A stretch of 64,000 nucleotides of DNA from an uncultured bacterium (GTDB lineage Bacteria > Auribacterota > Erginobacteria > Erginobacterales > Erginobacteraceae): the NCBI GenBank assembly GCA_963822585.1, contig CAWGIE010000011.1, positions 96,001-160,000 of the forward strand. Direction: 5' to 3'. The notes under the pieces were generated by a model that saw only the letters and a list, made by a program, of their open reading frames with translations, had not been told where the DNA came from and did not search any database. The position numbers and the translations under genes are program-made. How positions within the stretch are numbered: position 1 is the first letter of the stretch; each line of letters opens with the position of its first letter. Below are positions 49,072 through 60,650 of the stretch, one piece after another.

Positions 49072-50142
49072 CTAGACCGCGCCTTTCTTTATTTCATCAA
49101 TCAGGGCGTCCACTGCCTCGGAAACGGGAAAGCGTCCGATCAGCTGCCCTCTTTTGAAAAGGAGGGCGCTCTCTTTTCCCCCCGCGATGCCGAGGGAGGC
49201 CAGGCGGGCTTCGCCCGGGCCGTTGACTTCACACCCCATCACCGCTATTTTCAGGCCGGACAGCCTGTCCAGACCGGGTAAGGCGGCGATCCGGTTCTCG
49301 ACCTCCCCGAGCAGAGCCAGGAGATCGACCCGGGTGCGGCCGCAGGTCGGGCAGCTGACGATGACGGGACCGAAGCTCCTCAACCCCAGGGTCTGCAGAA
49401 TTTCTTTCCCTACCCGCACTTCCCGGACGGGATCGGCGCTCAGGGAGACCCGGATGGTATCGCCGATCCCCTCCAGAAGGAGCATGGAGATCCCGATCGC
49501 GGAACGGACCGTACCCGGGACCGGCGGGCCGGCCTCGGTGATCCCGATGTGAAGGGGATAATCGGTGGCGCGGGAAAGAAGCCGGTAGGCCTCCCGGGCG
49601 GTAAAAACATCGAATGCCTTCACCGATATCTTGATTTCCCCGTACCCCTCTTTCTCGATTACCGCCACTTCCTTGAGCGCGCTCTCGACCAGGGTCCGGG
49701 GGGTGGGGCCGCCGTATTTATCCATCATCTCTTTGCTCAGGGACCCCTCGTTCACGCCGACCCGGATGGGAATAGTCCTTTCCCGGCAGGCCCGAACGAC
49801 TTCCCTGACCTTTGCGGCCGTCCCGATGTTCCCCGGGTTGATCCGCAGGCCGGCCACCCCTCCCGCGATCGCGGCCAGGGCCAGGCGGTGATCGAAGTGG
49901 ATATCGGCGATCACCGGGATCGGGGAATCCCGGCAGACGGCCGGGATGGCGGCGGCGGCGGCCTGGTCGGGGACCGCCACCCGGACAATCTCGCACCCGG
50001 CGGCGGCCAGGAGGGCGATCTGCCCCCCGGTCGCGGCCGCGTCCCGGGTGTCGGTCTTGGTCATCGATTGGACGGTAACGGGGGCCCCTCCCCCGACGGG
50101 GACCTCTCCCACCATGATTTGCCGAGTATGATGTCTCTTCAA
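49072..50142 (-). CDS. ispG: HMBPP synthase
   Basis: VQSMT, ADIHF, RINPGNIG, CPTCGR, MGCEVNGPGE. Confidence 0.97.
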   Translation of the reverse strand: MKRHHTRQIMVGEVPVGGGAPVTVQSMTKTDTRDAAATGGQIALLAAAGCEIVRVAVPDQAAAAAIPAVCRDSPIPVIADIHFDHRLALAAIAGGVAGLRINPGNIGTAAKVREVVRACRERTIPIRVGVNEGSLSKEMMDKYGGPTPRTLVESALKEVAVIEKEGYGEIKISVKAFDVFTAREAYRLLSRATDYPLHIGITEAGPPVPGTVRSAIGISMLLLEGIGDTIRVSLSADPVREVRVGKEILQTLGLRSFGPVIVSCPTCGRTRVDLLALLGEVENRIAALPGLDRLSGLKIAVMGCEVNGPGEARLASLGIAGGKESALLFKRGQLIGRFPVSEAVDALIDEIKKGAV

Positions 50143-50151
50143 ATTATTGCT

Positions 50152-51789
50152 TCACCTATATCCCAACACCCGAAGAATATCGTTATACGTGATAAGCAGG
50201 AAAAGAACCGCGATCATCGCCAGGCCGAGTTGCTGGGCGATGGATAAAAACCGGGGTGAAAGTGGACGCCTGATAATCGATTCCAGGGAGAGAAAAAGAA
50301 GGTGCCCCCCATCCAGGACGGGGAATGGGAATAGATTGATAATCCCGAGATTGATGCTGATCAGGGCGAGAAGTACGAGCAGATCGGCCAAGCCATGGAC
50401 CTGACTGGTTATTTGAAAGATCATCACTGGACCAGCCACTTCCGAAGTTTCGATCTTGCCGACGATCATCATGTAAAAAACACCGAACATTTGCTTGATG
50501 CTATCCAGAGCCATCCCGGCACCAACCGTGACGGCCTTCAGTCCGGAATATCGGATGCGCTTTGTTTCCCCCGTAATGACGGGATTTATCCCCTCTATCG
50601 ATGATACCGGCGATACCTTTGCCCGGACCAGGAACCGGGCGGCCGGTTTGAAAAACATCCAACCGGGACGTTTTATCGTCAGTCCAATTTCAGAGCCGGG
50701 GGGGACTGACTGGATCTTTTCGGCAATCTGCTCGGGGGGCATAGTTTCACCATCTATCGCCACCACCCGGTCGCCTTTTTTCAATTCCTGTACCGCCGTG
50801 GAGGCCCGCTGGTTTACACTTGCCACCTGATTGCCATCGAGAAGAAGTCCCGGTATATGATTCTCCCTATAAATAGGTATTTCCAATGCGAGAGATTCCT
50901 CCGTTTCCGGGCGATAGATATCCACGATTGCCGTACTTTTCTCATACCCACTGAGCAGGTCATCAAACGGATGGATATACCCCGGAGAAAAGACCGGGGT
51001 CCCGTTAATGGAAGTAATAATATCCTTCACCCGGAGACCGGCTTGGAAAGCGGGGGAATCGGTCTGAATATTCCAAATACTAACCTTTCCTCCCGAAGAA
51101 ATGCCGATTCGGGGATAACTTGCTCCTCGAAACTTCTCAGGCGTGACCTGGACTTCCCGTTTTTCCCCATCTCTTTCCACAGTAATAGCTAATTCGGTCC
51201 CGGGATCCGATACCATCATCTTCCAGTTCAGTTCACGCCAATCTTTTATCCGTTCACCGGCTATTGCCGCGATCCGATCTCCCGGTTGCAAACCGGCTGC
51301 CGACGCCGGCAAACCCGGTTCCACCTCCCCCACCAACGGTCCATCTTCATCAAGAGGGACCTGAATCCCGATCATGGCGATCAGGATAAACACGACCAGA
51401 CCCAGGATCAGATTCATCAGAGGACCGGCAAAGACAATCGCCGCTCGCTGATGAAGGGGCTTGCGGTCGAACCGCCTCTCCGGGGGAATATCTCTATCCT
51501 CCTCCTCCAGTTGCTCCCGGGCTTCATCGTCACCCGGCGGCAGATCTTCCTGCCCGGCCATCTTGACGTATCCTCCCAGGGGGAGGATGCCGATCCCGTA
51601 TTCGGTCTCTTTCCCCTGGAAGCTGAAGATCTTCAGACCACCGATATCGAAACCGAGGAAGAACTTCTTGATGTAAACCCCGAAGCGTCTCGCCAGCAGA
51701 AAATGACCCAGTTCATGGACAAAGATCAAGATCCCCAACAAGACGGCGAACTTCGCTATCCTGATCAGCCAGACAACCAACTCTTCCAT
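50152..51789 (-). CDS. rseP: RIP metalloprotease RseP with three PDZ-like domains
   Basis: HELGH, PLGGYVKM, AGPLMN, NLFPFPVLDGGH. Confidence 0.95.
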   Translation of the reverse strand: MEELVVWLIRIAKFAVLLGILIFVHELGHFLLARRFGVYIKKFFLGFDIGGLKIFSFQGKETEYGIGILPLGGYVKMAGQEDLPPGDDEAREQLEEEDRDIPPERRFDRKPLHQRAAIVFAGPLMNLILGLVVFILIAMIGIQVPLDEDGPLVGEVEPGLPASAAGLQPGDRIAAIAGERIKDWRELNWKMMVSDPGTELAITVERDGEKREVQVTPEKFRGASYPRIGISSGGKVSIWNIQTDSPAFQAGLRVKDIITSINGTPVFSPGYIHPFDDLLSGYEKSTAIVDIYRPETEESLALEIPIYRENHIPGLLLDGNQVASVNQRASTAVQELKKGDRVVAIDGETMPPEQIAEKIQSVPPGSEIGLTIKRPGWMFFKPAARFLVRAKVSPVSSIEGINPVITGETKRIRYSGLKAVTVGAGMALDSIKQMFGVFYMMIVGKIETSEVAGPVMIFQITSQVHGLADLLVLLALISINLGIINLFPFPVLDGGHLLFLSLESIIRRPLSPRFLSIAQQLGLAMIAVLFLLITYNDILRVLGYR

Positions 51790-51951
51790 CTCAACCGCCT
51801 CGTATGGGAACGCAGCCCTCGTTTCACTCGGGCAGCGTTCCGGAGTATTGGAGTGATGGAGTAGTGGAGTGATGGGGACGGCCTTTCAACACTCCAGCAC
51901 TTCATTACTCCTTGATTATGTTTTTCGATTCCAGATTATACAAAGTAGCAT

Positions 51952-53118
51952 TTATGCTCTCTGCCGGTAAACCCCGATCATTTCTTCTGTCTTTCTTCGG
52001 GCCCGGCGATCCGCGGCCATGATCGCGGCGAGATCGAGGGCGGGAACAGGCTCATGTTCTCCCATCACCCCCGCCACTACCTCCATGATCCCGGTAAACG
52101 GGATCTTATTTGCCAAGAACGCCTCTCCCGCGATTTCATTGGCCGCGTTCATTACCGCCGGCAGTGTTCCGCCGACGGAACCGGCTTCCCGGGCCAGGTC
52201 CAGTGCCGGGAAGAGATCCCGGTCCGGCTCGCGGAATGTCAGCGGCTCCAGACCGGGCAGGGTTGTCTCTTGGAAAAAATGGGGCGCGCGAGCCGGATAA
52301 TAGAGGGCGTAGGAGATCGGCAGGCGCATGTCCGGCCGGCTTAACTGGGCGAGAAGGGATCCGTCGGACATCTCGACCAGGGAATGAACGATGCTCTGGG
52401 GGTGGATAACGACATCGATCCGGTCCAGGGGCAGCCCGAAGAGCCAGTGCGCCTCCAGCACCTCCAGTCCCTTGTTCATCATGGTCGCCGAGTCCAGGGT
52501 AACTTTCCGCCCCATCTTCCAGCGAGGATGTTTGAGAGCCTCCTCGGCGGTCACCTTCTCCAGTTCGGCCCGGGAAGCGTTCAGAAAAGGTCCTCCGGAG
52601 GCGGTGAGTATGATCTTCCGGATCGACTCCTTCTTCTCCCCCCTCAGGCACTGAAAAATCGCCGAATGTTCGCTGTCAACGGGAATAATCCGACTCCCGC
52701 TCTTCGCGGCCAGCGCGACGGCGAGTTCCCCCGCCGCCACCAGTATTTCCTTGGAAGCGAGGGCGATATCTTCTCCCCGCTCAATGGCTTTAAATGTCGG
52801 CAGCAGGGCGGCCGTCCCCGGTATCGCCACGACTACCAGATCCGCCTCCGCTTTGGAGACCAGATCGTGTAACCCCTTTTCTCCTCCGAGGACCTCAACC
52901 CCCTCATTCCCCAGCCGATCCCGCAGGCGCCGCGCCTGTTGATCTCCGGTGACCGCCACCCGGAATGGCCGAAATTCCTCTATCTGACGTTCCAGAAGGT
53001 CGATATTCCCTCCCGCCGCCAGCCCGATAACCCGGAAGGTCTCGCGGTCATGACGGACCACATCGAGGGTATTGGTGCCGATCGACCCGGTGGAACCCAG
53101 GATGACGATCTTTTTCAT
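51952..53118 (-). CDS. dxr: 1-deoxy-D-xylulose-5-phosphate reductoisomerase
   Basis: LGSTGSIG, PVDSEHSA, HPRWKMG, NKGLE. Confidence 0.97.
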   Translation of the reverse strand: MKKIVILGSTGSIGTNTLDVVRHDRETFRVIGLAAGGNIDLLERQIEEFRPFRVAVTGDQQARRLRDRLGNEGVEVLGGEKGLHDLVSKAEADLVVVAIPGTAALLPTFKAIERGEDIALASKEILVAAGELAVALAAKSGSRIIPVDSEHSAIFQCLRGEKKESIRKIILTASGGPFLNASRAELEKVTAEEALKHPRWKMGRKVTLDSATMMNKGLEVLEAHWLFGLPLDRIDVVIHPQSIVHSLVEMSDGSLLAQLSRPDMRLPISYALYYPARAPHFFQETTLPGLEPLTFREPDRDLFPALDLAREAGSVGGTLPAVMNAANEIAGEAFLANKIPFTGIMEVVAGVMGEHEPVPALDLAAIMAADRRARRKTEEMIGVYRQRA

Positions 53119-53147
53119 ATAACTTAGCCCAGAAAAAACAAATAATC

Positions 53148-53355
53148 ACCACGAAGAACACGAAGAACACGAAGAAAAATAGGGGGAATGGGTTCTTTTT
53201 TGTTTTATGTGGGTGATTCTAAATTATCTGGTATTCCTTCGTATCTTATTATCTGGAGATGTTAATGACTAAATCCGAATGACGAAGCCCGAATGAAAAT
53301 ATAAGCATTATTTCTGTCTTATAATCCCTTCGTGAGCTTCGTGTCCTTCGTGGTT
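53148..53355. repeat. Inverted pair of 9-mer arrays (CACGAAGNN)
   Basis: accacgaagaacacgaagaacacgaagaa ... cttcgtgagcttcgtgtccttcgtggt; similar at 29893..30028, 40327..40548, 42506..42604 and 44406..44554. Confidence 0.9.
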
Positions 53356-53382
53356 AGAAGTTGCACTGAAGTCGCTGCATCA

Positions 53383-54246
53383 TCACAGTTTCAGCACCAG
53401 TTTCATATAGAGATACAGCAGGGGGGTGGTGAAGAAGAGACTATCCAGGAGATCGAGTATCCCTCCCATGCCCGGCAGCGTCCGTCCCGAGTCCTTCTGC
53501 CCGGCTGACCTCTTGAGGAGGGACTCCGCCAGATCCCCCATCACCGCCGCTATCCCCAGGAACAGACCCAGGGTGAACGCCGCCGGCCAGTTAAGGCGAT
53601 CAAGAGAGAAGATGAACTTTCCCGCCACCCCGCTCAAGCCCCCGGCCAAAACACCTCCGATCGCTCCCTCGACGGTCTTGCCGGGGCTGATGCGGGGGAT
53701 AAGCTTATGACGGCCCCATTGCGATCCGATGTAATAGGCCGCGCTGTCGTTAACCTTGACGACCAGAAAGAGAAAGAAGACGTAGAACCGGCCGTCCCCG
53801 GCCCCGGTCGGGGCGCAATGGAAATAATAGTCAATCCGGGGAAGAAAAGAAAAGAGCCAGGCCACATAGATAATCCCGGTCAGGGTGGTGCTGATCTTGC
53901 TGACGGCATCACCGCCTTCCCGGCGGGTGGCCTGAAAGACAAACAAACCCGCGACAATGACGAAAAGGACGGCGTCCCCCCAGATGCTTCCCACGAAAAC
54001 GGCGAGATGGGGAGGCAGAGCATTATGCCCGACGGAGGCGATAAAAACCGAGGAAAAAAGACAGAGCCCCCCCAGAATGCCCGCTCCTCTGATCCCATGG
54101 GTCATCCGCAAAAATTCACGCAACCCCAGGCCGACAAAGAGGTTGCCGACCAGGAAAAAAAGGATCGGGGCCTTGAAGCTGAAGTAAATGACGCTGATCA
54201 AAATCAGGATCAGCGGAATCGCGGTTATCACTCTCGTTTTAGACAT
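53383..54246 (-). CDS. cdsA: Phosphatidate cytidylyltransferase
   Basis: ISPGKTVEG, GDLAESLLKR, KDSG..PGMGGILD. Confidence 0.95.
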   Translation of the reverse strand: MSKTRVITAIPLILILISVIYFSFKAPILFFLVGNLFVGLGLREFLRMTHGIRGAGILGGLCLFSSVFIASVGHNALPPHLAVFVGSIWGDAVLFVIVAGLFVFQATRREGGDAVSKISTTLTGIIYVAWLFSFLPRIDYYFHCAPTGAGDGRFYVFFLFLVVKVNDSAAYYIGSQWGRHKLIPRISPGKTVEGAIGGVLAGGLSGVAGKFIFSLDRLNWPAAFTLGLFLGIAAVMGDLAESLLKRSAGQKDSGRTLPGMGGILDLLDSLFFTTPLLYLYMKLVLKL

Positions 54247-54468
54247 GAGAATTTATACATTTGCACCTTCGACGCAAATGTAGTGGATCCACTTCGTCGG
54301 ATCTGCTGGTTAAACTAAAATCATTCCATCGTGGCGATGATGTAACAAAGCCTTTCAAACCTCAGCCCACACTCGATTCCCGGGACATGATGCTGATGAA
54401 GTTTTTATTTCTTTTATTGTCGTCTGTGTTTAAAACTATCCCGATTTATGAAATAAAGCGGGACACTC

Positions 54469-55200
54469 TTATTTTTCCGAAGGAAAAATAAGACCGCCGA
54501 AGCGGCGTTCTCTTTTCCGGTAGTCCCCGATCGCTTCCAGAAGGTTTTCCCGGTTAAAATCGGGCCAGCAAACGGGCGTCACCCAGAGTTCGGTATAGGA
54601 GATCTCCCAGAGCAGGAAATTGCTTATCCTCATCTCGCCGCTGGTCCGGATCAGCAGATCGGGGTCGGGGAGATCGCCGTCATAGAGATACCGGGAGAAA
54701 AAAGCTTCATCGATCTTTTCCGGGTCGATCTCCCCCGCCAGGGCCGCCCGCACGATTTTTTTCACCCCGTCGACGATCTCGGTCCGTCCGCCGTAGTTGA
54801 GGGCCAGGGTCAAGGTCAGACCGGTATTCCGGGCGGTGGCGTAGATCGTCCGGGACAGTACCTTTTGAACCCCGGAGGGGAATTCCCCGATACGTCCGAT
54901 GGCCCGGAGGCGGACATTGTTCTTCTGCATCACGGGCAGCTCGCTTTTCAGGTACTCTTTCAGGTAACGCATCAAGCCCTGGATCTCCCGCCGGGGGCGA
55001 CGCCAGTTCTCGACCGAAAAAGCGTAAAGGGTCAGATAGCGCAGTCCCATCTCCGCGGCGGCGGTGGTGATTCTCCGTACCGCTTCGGCGCCGGCGCGAT
55101 GACCTTCCAGACGGGAAAGCCCGCGTTTCTCCGCCCAGCGGCCATTCCCGTCCATAATAATGGCGATATGCCGGGGGTATTCTCTGGTCGGGGCATTCAT
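54469..55200 (-). CDS. uppS: Undecaprenyl diphosphate synthase
   Basis: HIAIIMDGNGRWA, FSVENW, RTSGEMRISNFLLW. Confidence 0.97.
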   Translation of the reverse strand: MNAPTREYPRHIAIIMDGNGRWAEKRGLSRLEGHRAGAEAVRRITTAAAEMGLRYLTLYAFSVENWRRPRREIQGLMRYLKEYLKSELPVMQKNNVRLRAIGRIGEFPSGVQKVLSRTIYATARNTGLTLTLALNYGGRTEIVDGVKKIVRAALAGEIDPEKIDEAFFSRYLYDGDLPDPDLLIRTSGEMRISNFLLWEISYTELWVTPVCWPDFNRENLLEAIGDYRKRERRFGGLIFPSEK

Positions 55201-55221
55201 CTTGGGGCTCCGGAAATTTTT

Positions 55222-56475
<1,254 letters not shown>

Positions 56476-56479
56476 CGGA

Positions 56480-57085
56480 TTATTTATCCTTTTTCTTGCT
56501 GATCACCGCGTCCACGACCCCGTAGGCGACCGCCTCCTCCGCGGACATGTAGAAATCGCGGTCTGCGTCTTTCTCGACCCGCTCAAAGGTCTGCCCGGTA
56601 TGGAGAGCCAGCAGTTCGTTCAGCTTCTTGCGCAGGCGGAGGATCTCTTTGGCCTGAATGCTGATATCAACAGCGGCGCCCTGGGTTCCCCCCCAGGGCT
56701 GATGGATCATTATCCGGGCGTGGGGCAGCGCGAATCTTTTCTTCTTGCTCCCGGCCGCCAGGAGCAACGCGCCCATGCTGCTGGCCTGTCCGACGCAATA
56801 GGTGGTGACATCGCACCGGACAAACTGCATGGTGTCATAAATCGCCAGCCCCGCGGTCACCGCTCCGCCCGGGGTATTGATATAAAGATTGATGTCCTTC
56901 TCCGAATCTTCCATCTGCAAATAGAGCAACTGGGCAACGACCAGATTGGCGATCGAGTCGTCAACGGGCGTCCCCAGAAAAATGATCCGGTCTTTTAAAA
57001 GGCGTGAATAAATATCATAGGCTCGTTCCATCCGGCCGGTCTGTTCGACGACCATGGGAATGAGCTGGGAATGCGGTTCCTTCAT
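56480..57085 (-). CDS. clpP: Clp protease proteolytic subunit
   Basis: [21 protein letters not shown]. Confidence 0.97.
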   Translation of the reverse strand: MKEPHSQLIPMVVEQTGRMERAYDIYSRLLKDRIIFLGTPVDDSIANLVVAQLLYLQMEDSEKDINLYINTPGGAVTAGLAIYDTMQFVRCDVTTYCVGQASSMGALLLAAGSKKKRFALPHARIMIHQPWGGTQGAAVDISIQAKEILRLRKKLNELLALHTGQTFERVEKDADRDFYMSAEEAVAYGVVDAVISKKKDK

Positions 57086-57096
57086 GGGGTGTCTCC

Positions 57097-58353
57097 TTAC
57101 TTGATTTTCGCCTCTTTGATGATGAAATCCGTCGCCAGGCGACGGAGCAGTCTATCCCTGACGACCCCGAGCCGGCCGCTCTCCTCCAGTTCCCTCCGGT
57201 ACTCCACCGGAGAAACCCCCTTCTGGCGAGCCAGCAGGGCCACCTCCTCCCCGAGGAGGCGGGCATCGACTTCAAGATTTTCCGCCCGGGCGATCGCCGA
57301 TAAAATAAAAATAAGCCGAAGATCCGCCTCCGCCCTCTGGCGGGCGATCTCGGCAATCTTTTCTTCCGGGACTTTTTCTCTTCCGGCCGAAAGGGCGCGA
57401 TCGGCCTGTTCTTTCACTTCTTTTCGGTACTCTTCGATAAGAGAATCCAGGGTAGCCGGCGGCAGGGGAAAGGTGTGTTTTTTCAGGAGATACTCGATGG
57501 CCTGCTCTTCCAACGATCTTTTTTGCTCCAGTTCCTTCCTCTGCCTGATGTCTTCACGGATCTGTCCGCGCAGCTCTTCCAAACCGCTGAATTGACCCCA
57601 GGTGCGGGCCCATTCATCGCTGGCTTCGGGGAGATTCCTTTTCTTGATCTCCCGGAGGCGAATCTCGACCTCAAGCGGGGCCGCGTCGGCATTCTGATCG
57701 CCGGCCGGGGGTATCGTGACCGATCTGCTCTCGCCGGCCGGCATCCCGGCCAGCTGAGACCCGATCCCCTCGTGATCGGGAGAGGTGATCTCGACCAGGG
57801 TCCCTTCAACCCAATTCTCATCGGCATGGCCGGACGGACGGTAGTCTACCAGCGCCCAGTCCCCTTCCCGGAGAGGACGCCCGTTAATTGTTTCAAAGGT
57901 CGCGGACCGTTCCCGCAACCCTTCCAGGGTTCGATCCACTTCCGTGTCCTCGACCCGGCAATCGGTACCGGTGAGGCGGATCCCCCGGTAATTCTTCAGC
58001 TCCACCATCGGCCGGACATCGACGGCGACCTTGAAGCGCAGGGGGCCTGCCTCGGGCCAGTCGATCTCGCTGAAATCCGGGTCACCGAAAACCTCGATCT
58101 CCTGCTCCCGGACCGCGTCCAGATACCCCCGGCGGACCCGGTTGCCGACCGTTTCAGAACGGGCTTCATCCCGGAAATATTTTTCCAGGATCTTCCGGGG
58201 GGCCTTGCCGGGACGAAATCCGGGAATCCGGCGCCCCCGGGAAAGCCGGGCGTACACGGACCCCATCTCCTCCTCCATCGCTTCGAGGGGAATCTCGATC
58301 GTCAGTTCCCGCCGGCAGGGATGGAGGTCCCGTATATCGACTTTAGTCATCAT
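57097..58353 (-). CDS. tig: Trigger factor
   Basis: [10 protein letters not shown] ribosome-binding motif; upstream of clpP. Confidence 0.93.
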   Translation of the reverse strand: MMTKVDIRDLHPCRRELTIEIPLEAMEEEMGSVYARLSRGRRIPGFRPGKAPRKILEKYFRDEARSETVGNRVRRGYLDAVREQEIEVFGDPDFSEIDWPEAGPLRFKVAVDVRPMVELKNYRGIRLTGTDCRVEDTEVDRTLEGLRERSATFETINGRPLREGDWALVDYRPSGHADENWVEGTLVEITSPDHEGIGSQLAGMPAGESRSVTIPPAGDQNADAAPLEVEIRLREIKKRNLPEASDEWARTWGQFSGLEELRGQIREDIRQRKELEQKRSLEEQAIEYLLKKHTFPLPPATLDSLIEEYRKEVKEQADRALSAGREKVPEEKIAEIARQRAEADLRLIFILSAIARAENLEVDARLLGEEVALLARQKGVSPVEYRRELEESGRLGVVRDRLLRRLATDFIIKEAKIK

Positions 58354-58468
58354 TATATCTCCATAACAGAAAAATAGTTGATACGGCAGCCTGCCGCCGG
58401 GCTTTCCGGGGAAGAGTGCATTTCCCGGCGCCGGCTTGCACGGTGAAGCCGCATCAACCGGAATAAAG

Positions 58469-58540
58469 AGCGGGAGACGGGATTTGAACCCGCGACAACC
58501 ACGTTGGCAACGTGGGGCTCTACCACTGAGCTACTCCCGC
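58469..58540 (-). tRNA. tRNA-Gly(GCC)
   Basis: GCGGGAGTAGCTCAGTGGTAGAGCCCCACG-TT-GCC-AA-CGTGG...GGTTCAAATCCCGTCTCCCGCT. Confidence 0.95.
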
Positions 58541-58744
58541 TTATTATTTTTCTGCCGCCTCCGGCAACAGAAAAATAATAATTGAGTCAGTTTTTCAGAA
58601 TAAAAACCGAACCGCCATACTCCTGGTTCGACTCTCGCGCATTGTATACAACGACTACGTCTCTAATCAACTCTAAAAACAATACTCTAAATACCGGTCT
58701 TGGCACCAGTATTTACAGATAAAATTTTCCGTAGGAAAATTTTA

Positions 58745-58855
58745 TGGGCGAAGGGAGACTCGAACTCCCACCCCTTTCGGGACTGGATCTCAACCCGAAG
58801 GGTTGACCCCGCGATCGAGTTCAAAATGAACTCGATTTTGCGGGGCTAAATCCAG
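58745..58855 (-). pseudogene. Interrupted partial copy of tRNA-Leu(TAG): anticodon arm to 3' end, with a 56-nt hairpin insert
   Basis: 58745..58789 and 58846..58855 match the intact tRNA (one substitution); the insert lies directly 3' of the anticodon. Confidence 0.8.
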
Positions 58856-58908
58856 GCCCGATTTCATCGGGCCGAGGCGCCCTGCTCCGTTATCGGTTGA
58901 ACTTTAAA

Positions 58909-58990
58909 TGGGCGAAGGGAGACTCGAACTCCCATCCCTTTCGGGACTGGATCCTAAATCCAGCGCGTATGCCAATTCCGCCATTCGCCC
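58909..58990 (-). tRNA. tRNA-Leu(TAG)
   Basis: GGGCGAATGGCGGAATTGGCATACGCGCTGGA-TT-TAG-GA-TCCAG, long variable arm, GAGTTCGAGTCTCCCTTCGCCCA. Confidence 0.95.
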
Positions 58991-58993
58991 TTA

Positions 58994-59086
58994 TAAAGTT
59001 CAACCGATAACGGGGCATGCCAATTCCGCCATTCGCCCCTGTAAAGTTAAACCGGTAACGGGGTATGCCAATTCCGCCATTCGCCC
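58994..59086. repeat. Two 48-bp units, each with the first 22 nt of tRNA-Leu plus a shared spacer
   Basis: atgccaattccgccattcgccc at 59017 and 59065; spacers taaagttcaaccgataacggggc and taaagttaaaccggtaacggggt. Confidence 0.9.
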
Positions 59087-59228
59087 ATTTATTAAGTAAC
59101 GCCTTTGGCGCTACTTATTAGTGTCCTCCGACCGATTCATTACGAAAAATATTCACTAAATTAGCGGCGAAGCCGCTAATTTATGATACAGTATCCCTTT
59201 TTTCGTCATAACTCAAGGAGCGAAACCC

Positions 59229-60098
59229 ATGAAAAAATTGCCCGGGATCACCACACTGATCACTGACGCCGACAACACGATTTACAACTGGGTCGAGTAC
59301 ATCGTGCCCTGCCTGGAAGCGATGGTGAATTATCTCCAACGACAGACCGGCATCCACCAGGACCGGATCGTGGAATCGATTAAAAAGATCTTCGAGAAAC
59401 ACCGTACCAATGAATACCCTTTCGTCCTGCAGGAAGCCGACGTCTTCCAGGACCTCCGGGGCGACTTTGCCCGTTTCCAGAAAGAGCTGATTACCCCGAC
59501 CCGGCACATCTTCAGCCAGACCCGCAAGGAAACCCTCAAGCTCTACCCCGGTGTCGCCCGGACCATGTGGAAACTCATCAACAACGGCATCCGGATCATC
59601 GTCCTCAGCGACGCGCCGGCTTTCTCCGCCGAACAACGGCTGGAACTCCTCGATGTTTCACAGTATATCTGGGCTCTCTACGCGCTCCGGACCTACCCCC
59701 TCCCGGAAGGACCATTGCTGGACAAACTGATCATCAACCGGATCAAGACCGGGTTCTACTGTTCCCGGGTGGGGAAAGTAGTCCAGCTGCCCCTGGAGCA
59801 TGAGAAGCCAAGCATTGCCGGGCTCCGCCTCATCTTGGAGGATGAAGGGATTAGACCCGACCAGGCGATCCTGGTGGGGGACAACTGCAAGAAGGACATC
59901 CGGATCGCCCAGGAGGTGGGGATCCCCGATGTCTGGGCCCGCTACGGCACGGTTATATCTCCTGAAGCCCGGGCCAAATTAAACTATTATTCGGCGGCAT
60001 CGATCCAGAAGAGGAACGTATCCCAGGAAGGAGAAACCTCCTATCGGCCCACCTATACGATCGATCGCTTCGAGGATATCCTCCCGCTCCTGGCATAG
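59229..60098 (+). CDS. HAD superfamily hydrolase
   Basis: LITDADNT, LYPGV, EKP, VGDN..KDI; AAGGAG RBS. Confidence 0.9.
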   Translation: MKKLPGITTLITDADNTIYNWVEYIVPCLEAMVNYLQRQTGIHQDRIVESIKKIFEKHRTNEYPFVLQEADVFQDLRGDFARFQKELITPTRHIFSQTRKETLKLYPGVARTMWKLINNGIRIIVLSDAPAFSAEQRLELLDVSQYIWALYALRTYPLPEGPLLDKLIINRIKTGFYCSRVGKVVQLPLEHEKPSIAGLRLILEDEGIRPDQAILVGDNCKKDIRIAQEVGIPDVWARYGTVISPEARAKLNYYSAASIQKRNVSQEGETSYRPTYTIDRFEDILPLLA

Positions 60099-60650
60099 CG
60101 ATCAATCATCATCGGGTCTTGAATCGGGGGCTTGGATAGGCAACAGCTTCCCGTTATCGCTACCACCCGAGTCTTCATTATAAATACCGTTAAAAATACA
60201 AAAACTCGGCTAAAAACTATAGAATTCCGTGTCCGGGCCCGGTAAAAGATGTTATCGTTGGGGAAAATGGTAGGTTATGATGTATTGCGTATGTTTTCAT
60301 AGTCAGCCTCCTGATTTACTTTAGTTAACAAATTGTAGCATATTGGAGCACTTTTTCTATATTTTATCCCCCCTCTTATGACATTATTTGTAGACTGTTG
60401 GTTTTCGCCATTCAGATTTTTGAGTAAGGTTTAGCTACTATTTGCCAAATTTATTATTATTTAGTGTACGACTCTGATTCCGCCATAAATTTTCCGGCGT
60501 TACTTGCCGATTCCGAATTGAATATTAAAGATCGAGTATCATCTTCATGCCAGATTATTAAATTCTAATATGGCATTAAAACGAAGATCTTAACGAAGGA
60601 GTCCGGCTTTGAAACATTGCATAGATAATGATTCCCCATCCTCGATACAA

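Noticed and set aside
58790..58845. Group I intron in the tRNA anticodon loop
   Set aside because: Only 56 nt of simple hairpins with no catalytic core.
58745..58990. attL/attR pair of an integrated element
   Set aside because: The copies are only 164 bp apart with no integrase or cargo. A decayed remnant cannot be fully excluded.
58969..59086. Three 22-bp direct repeats at 48-bp spacing resembling a mini CRISPR array
   Set aside because: The repeat is the tRNA-Leu 5' end, the two spacers are near-identical, and there are no cas genes.
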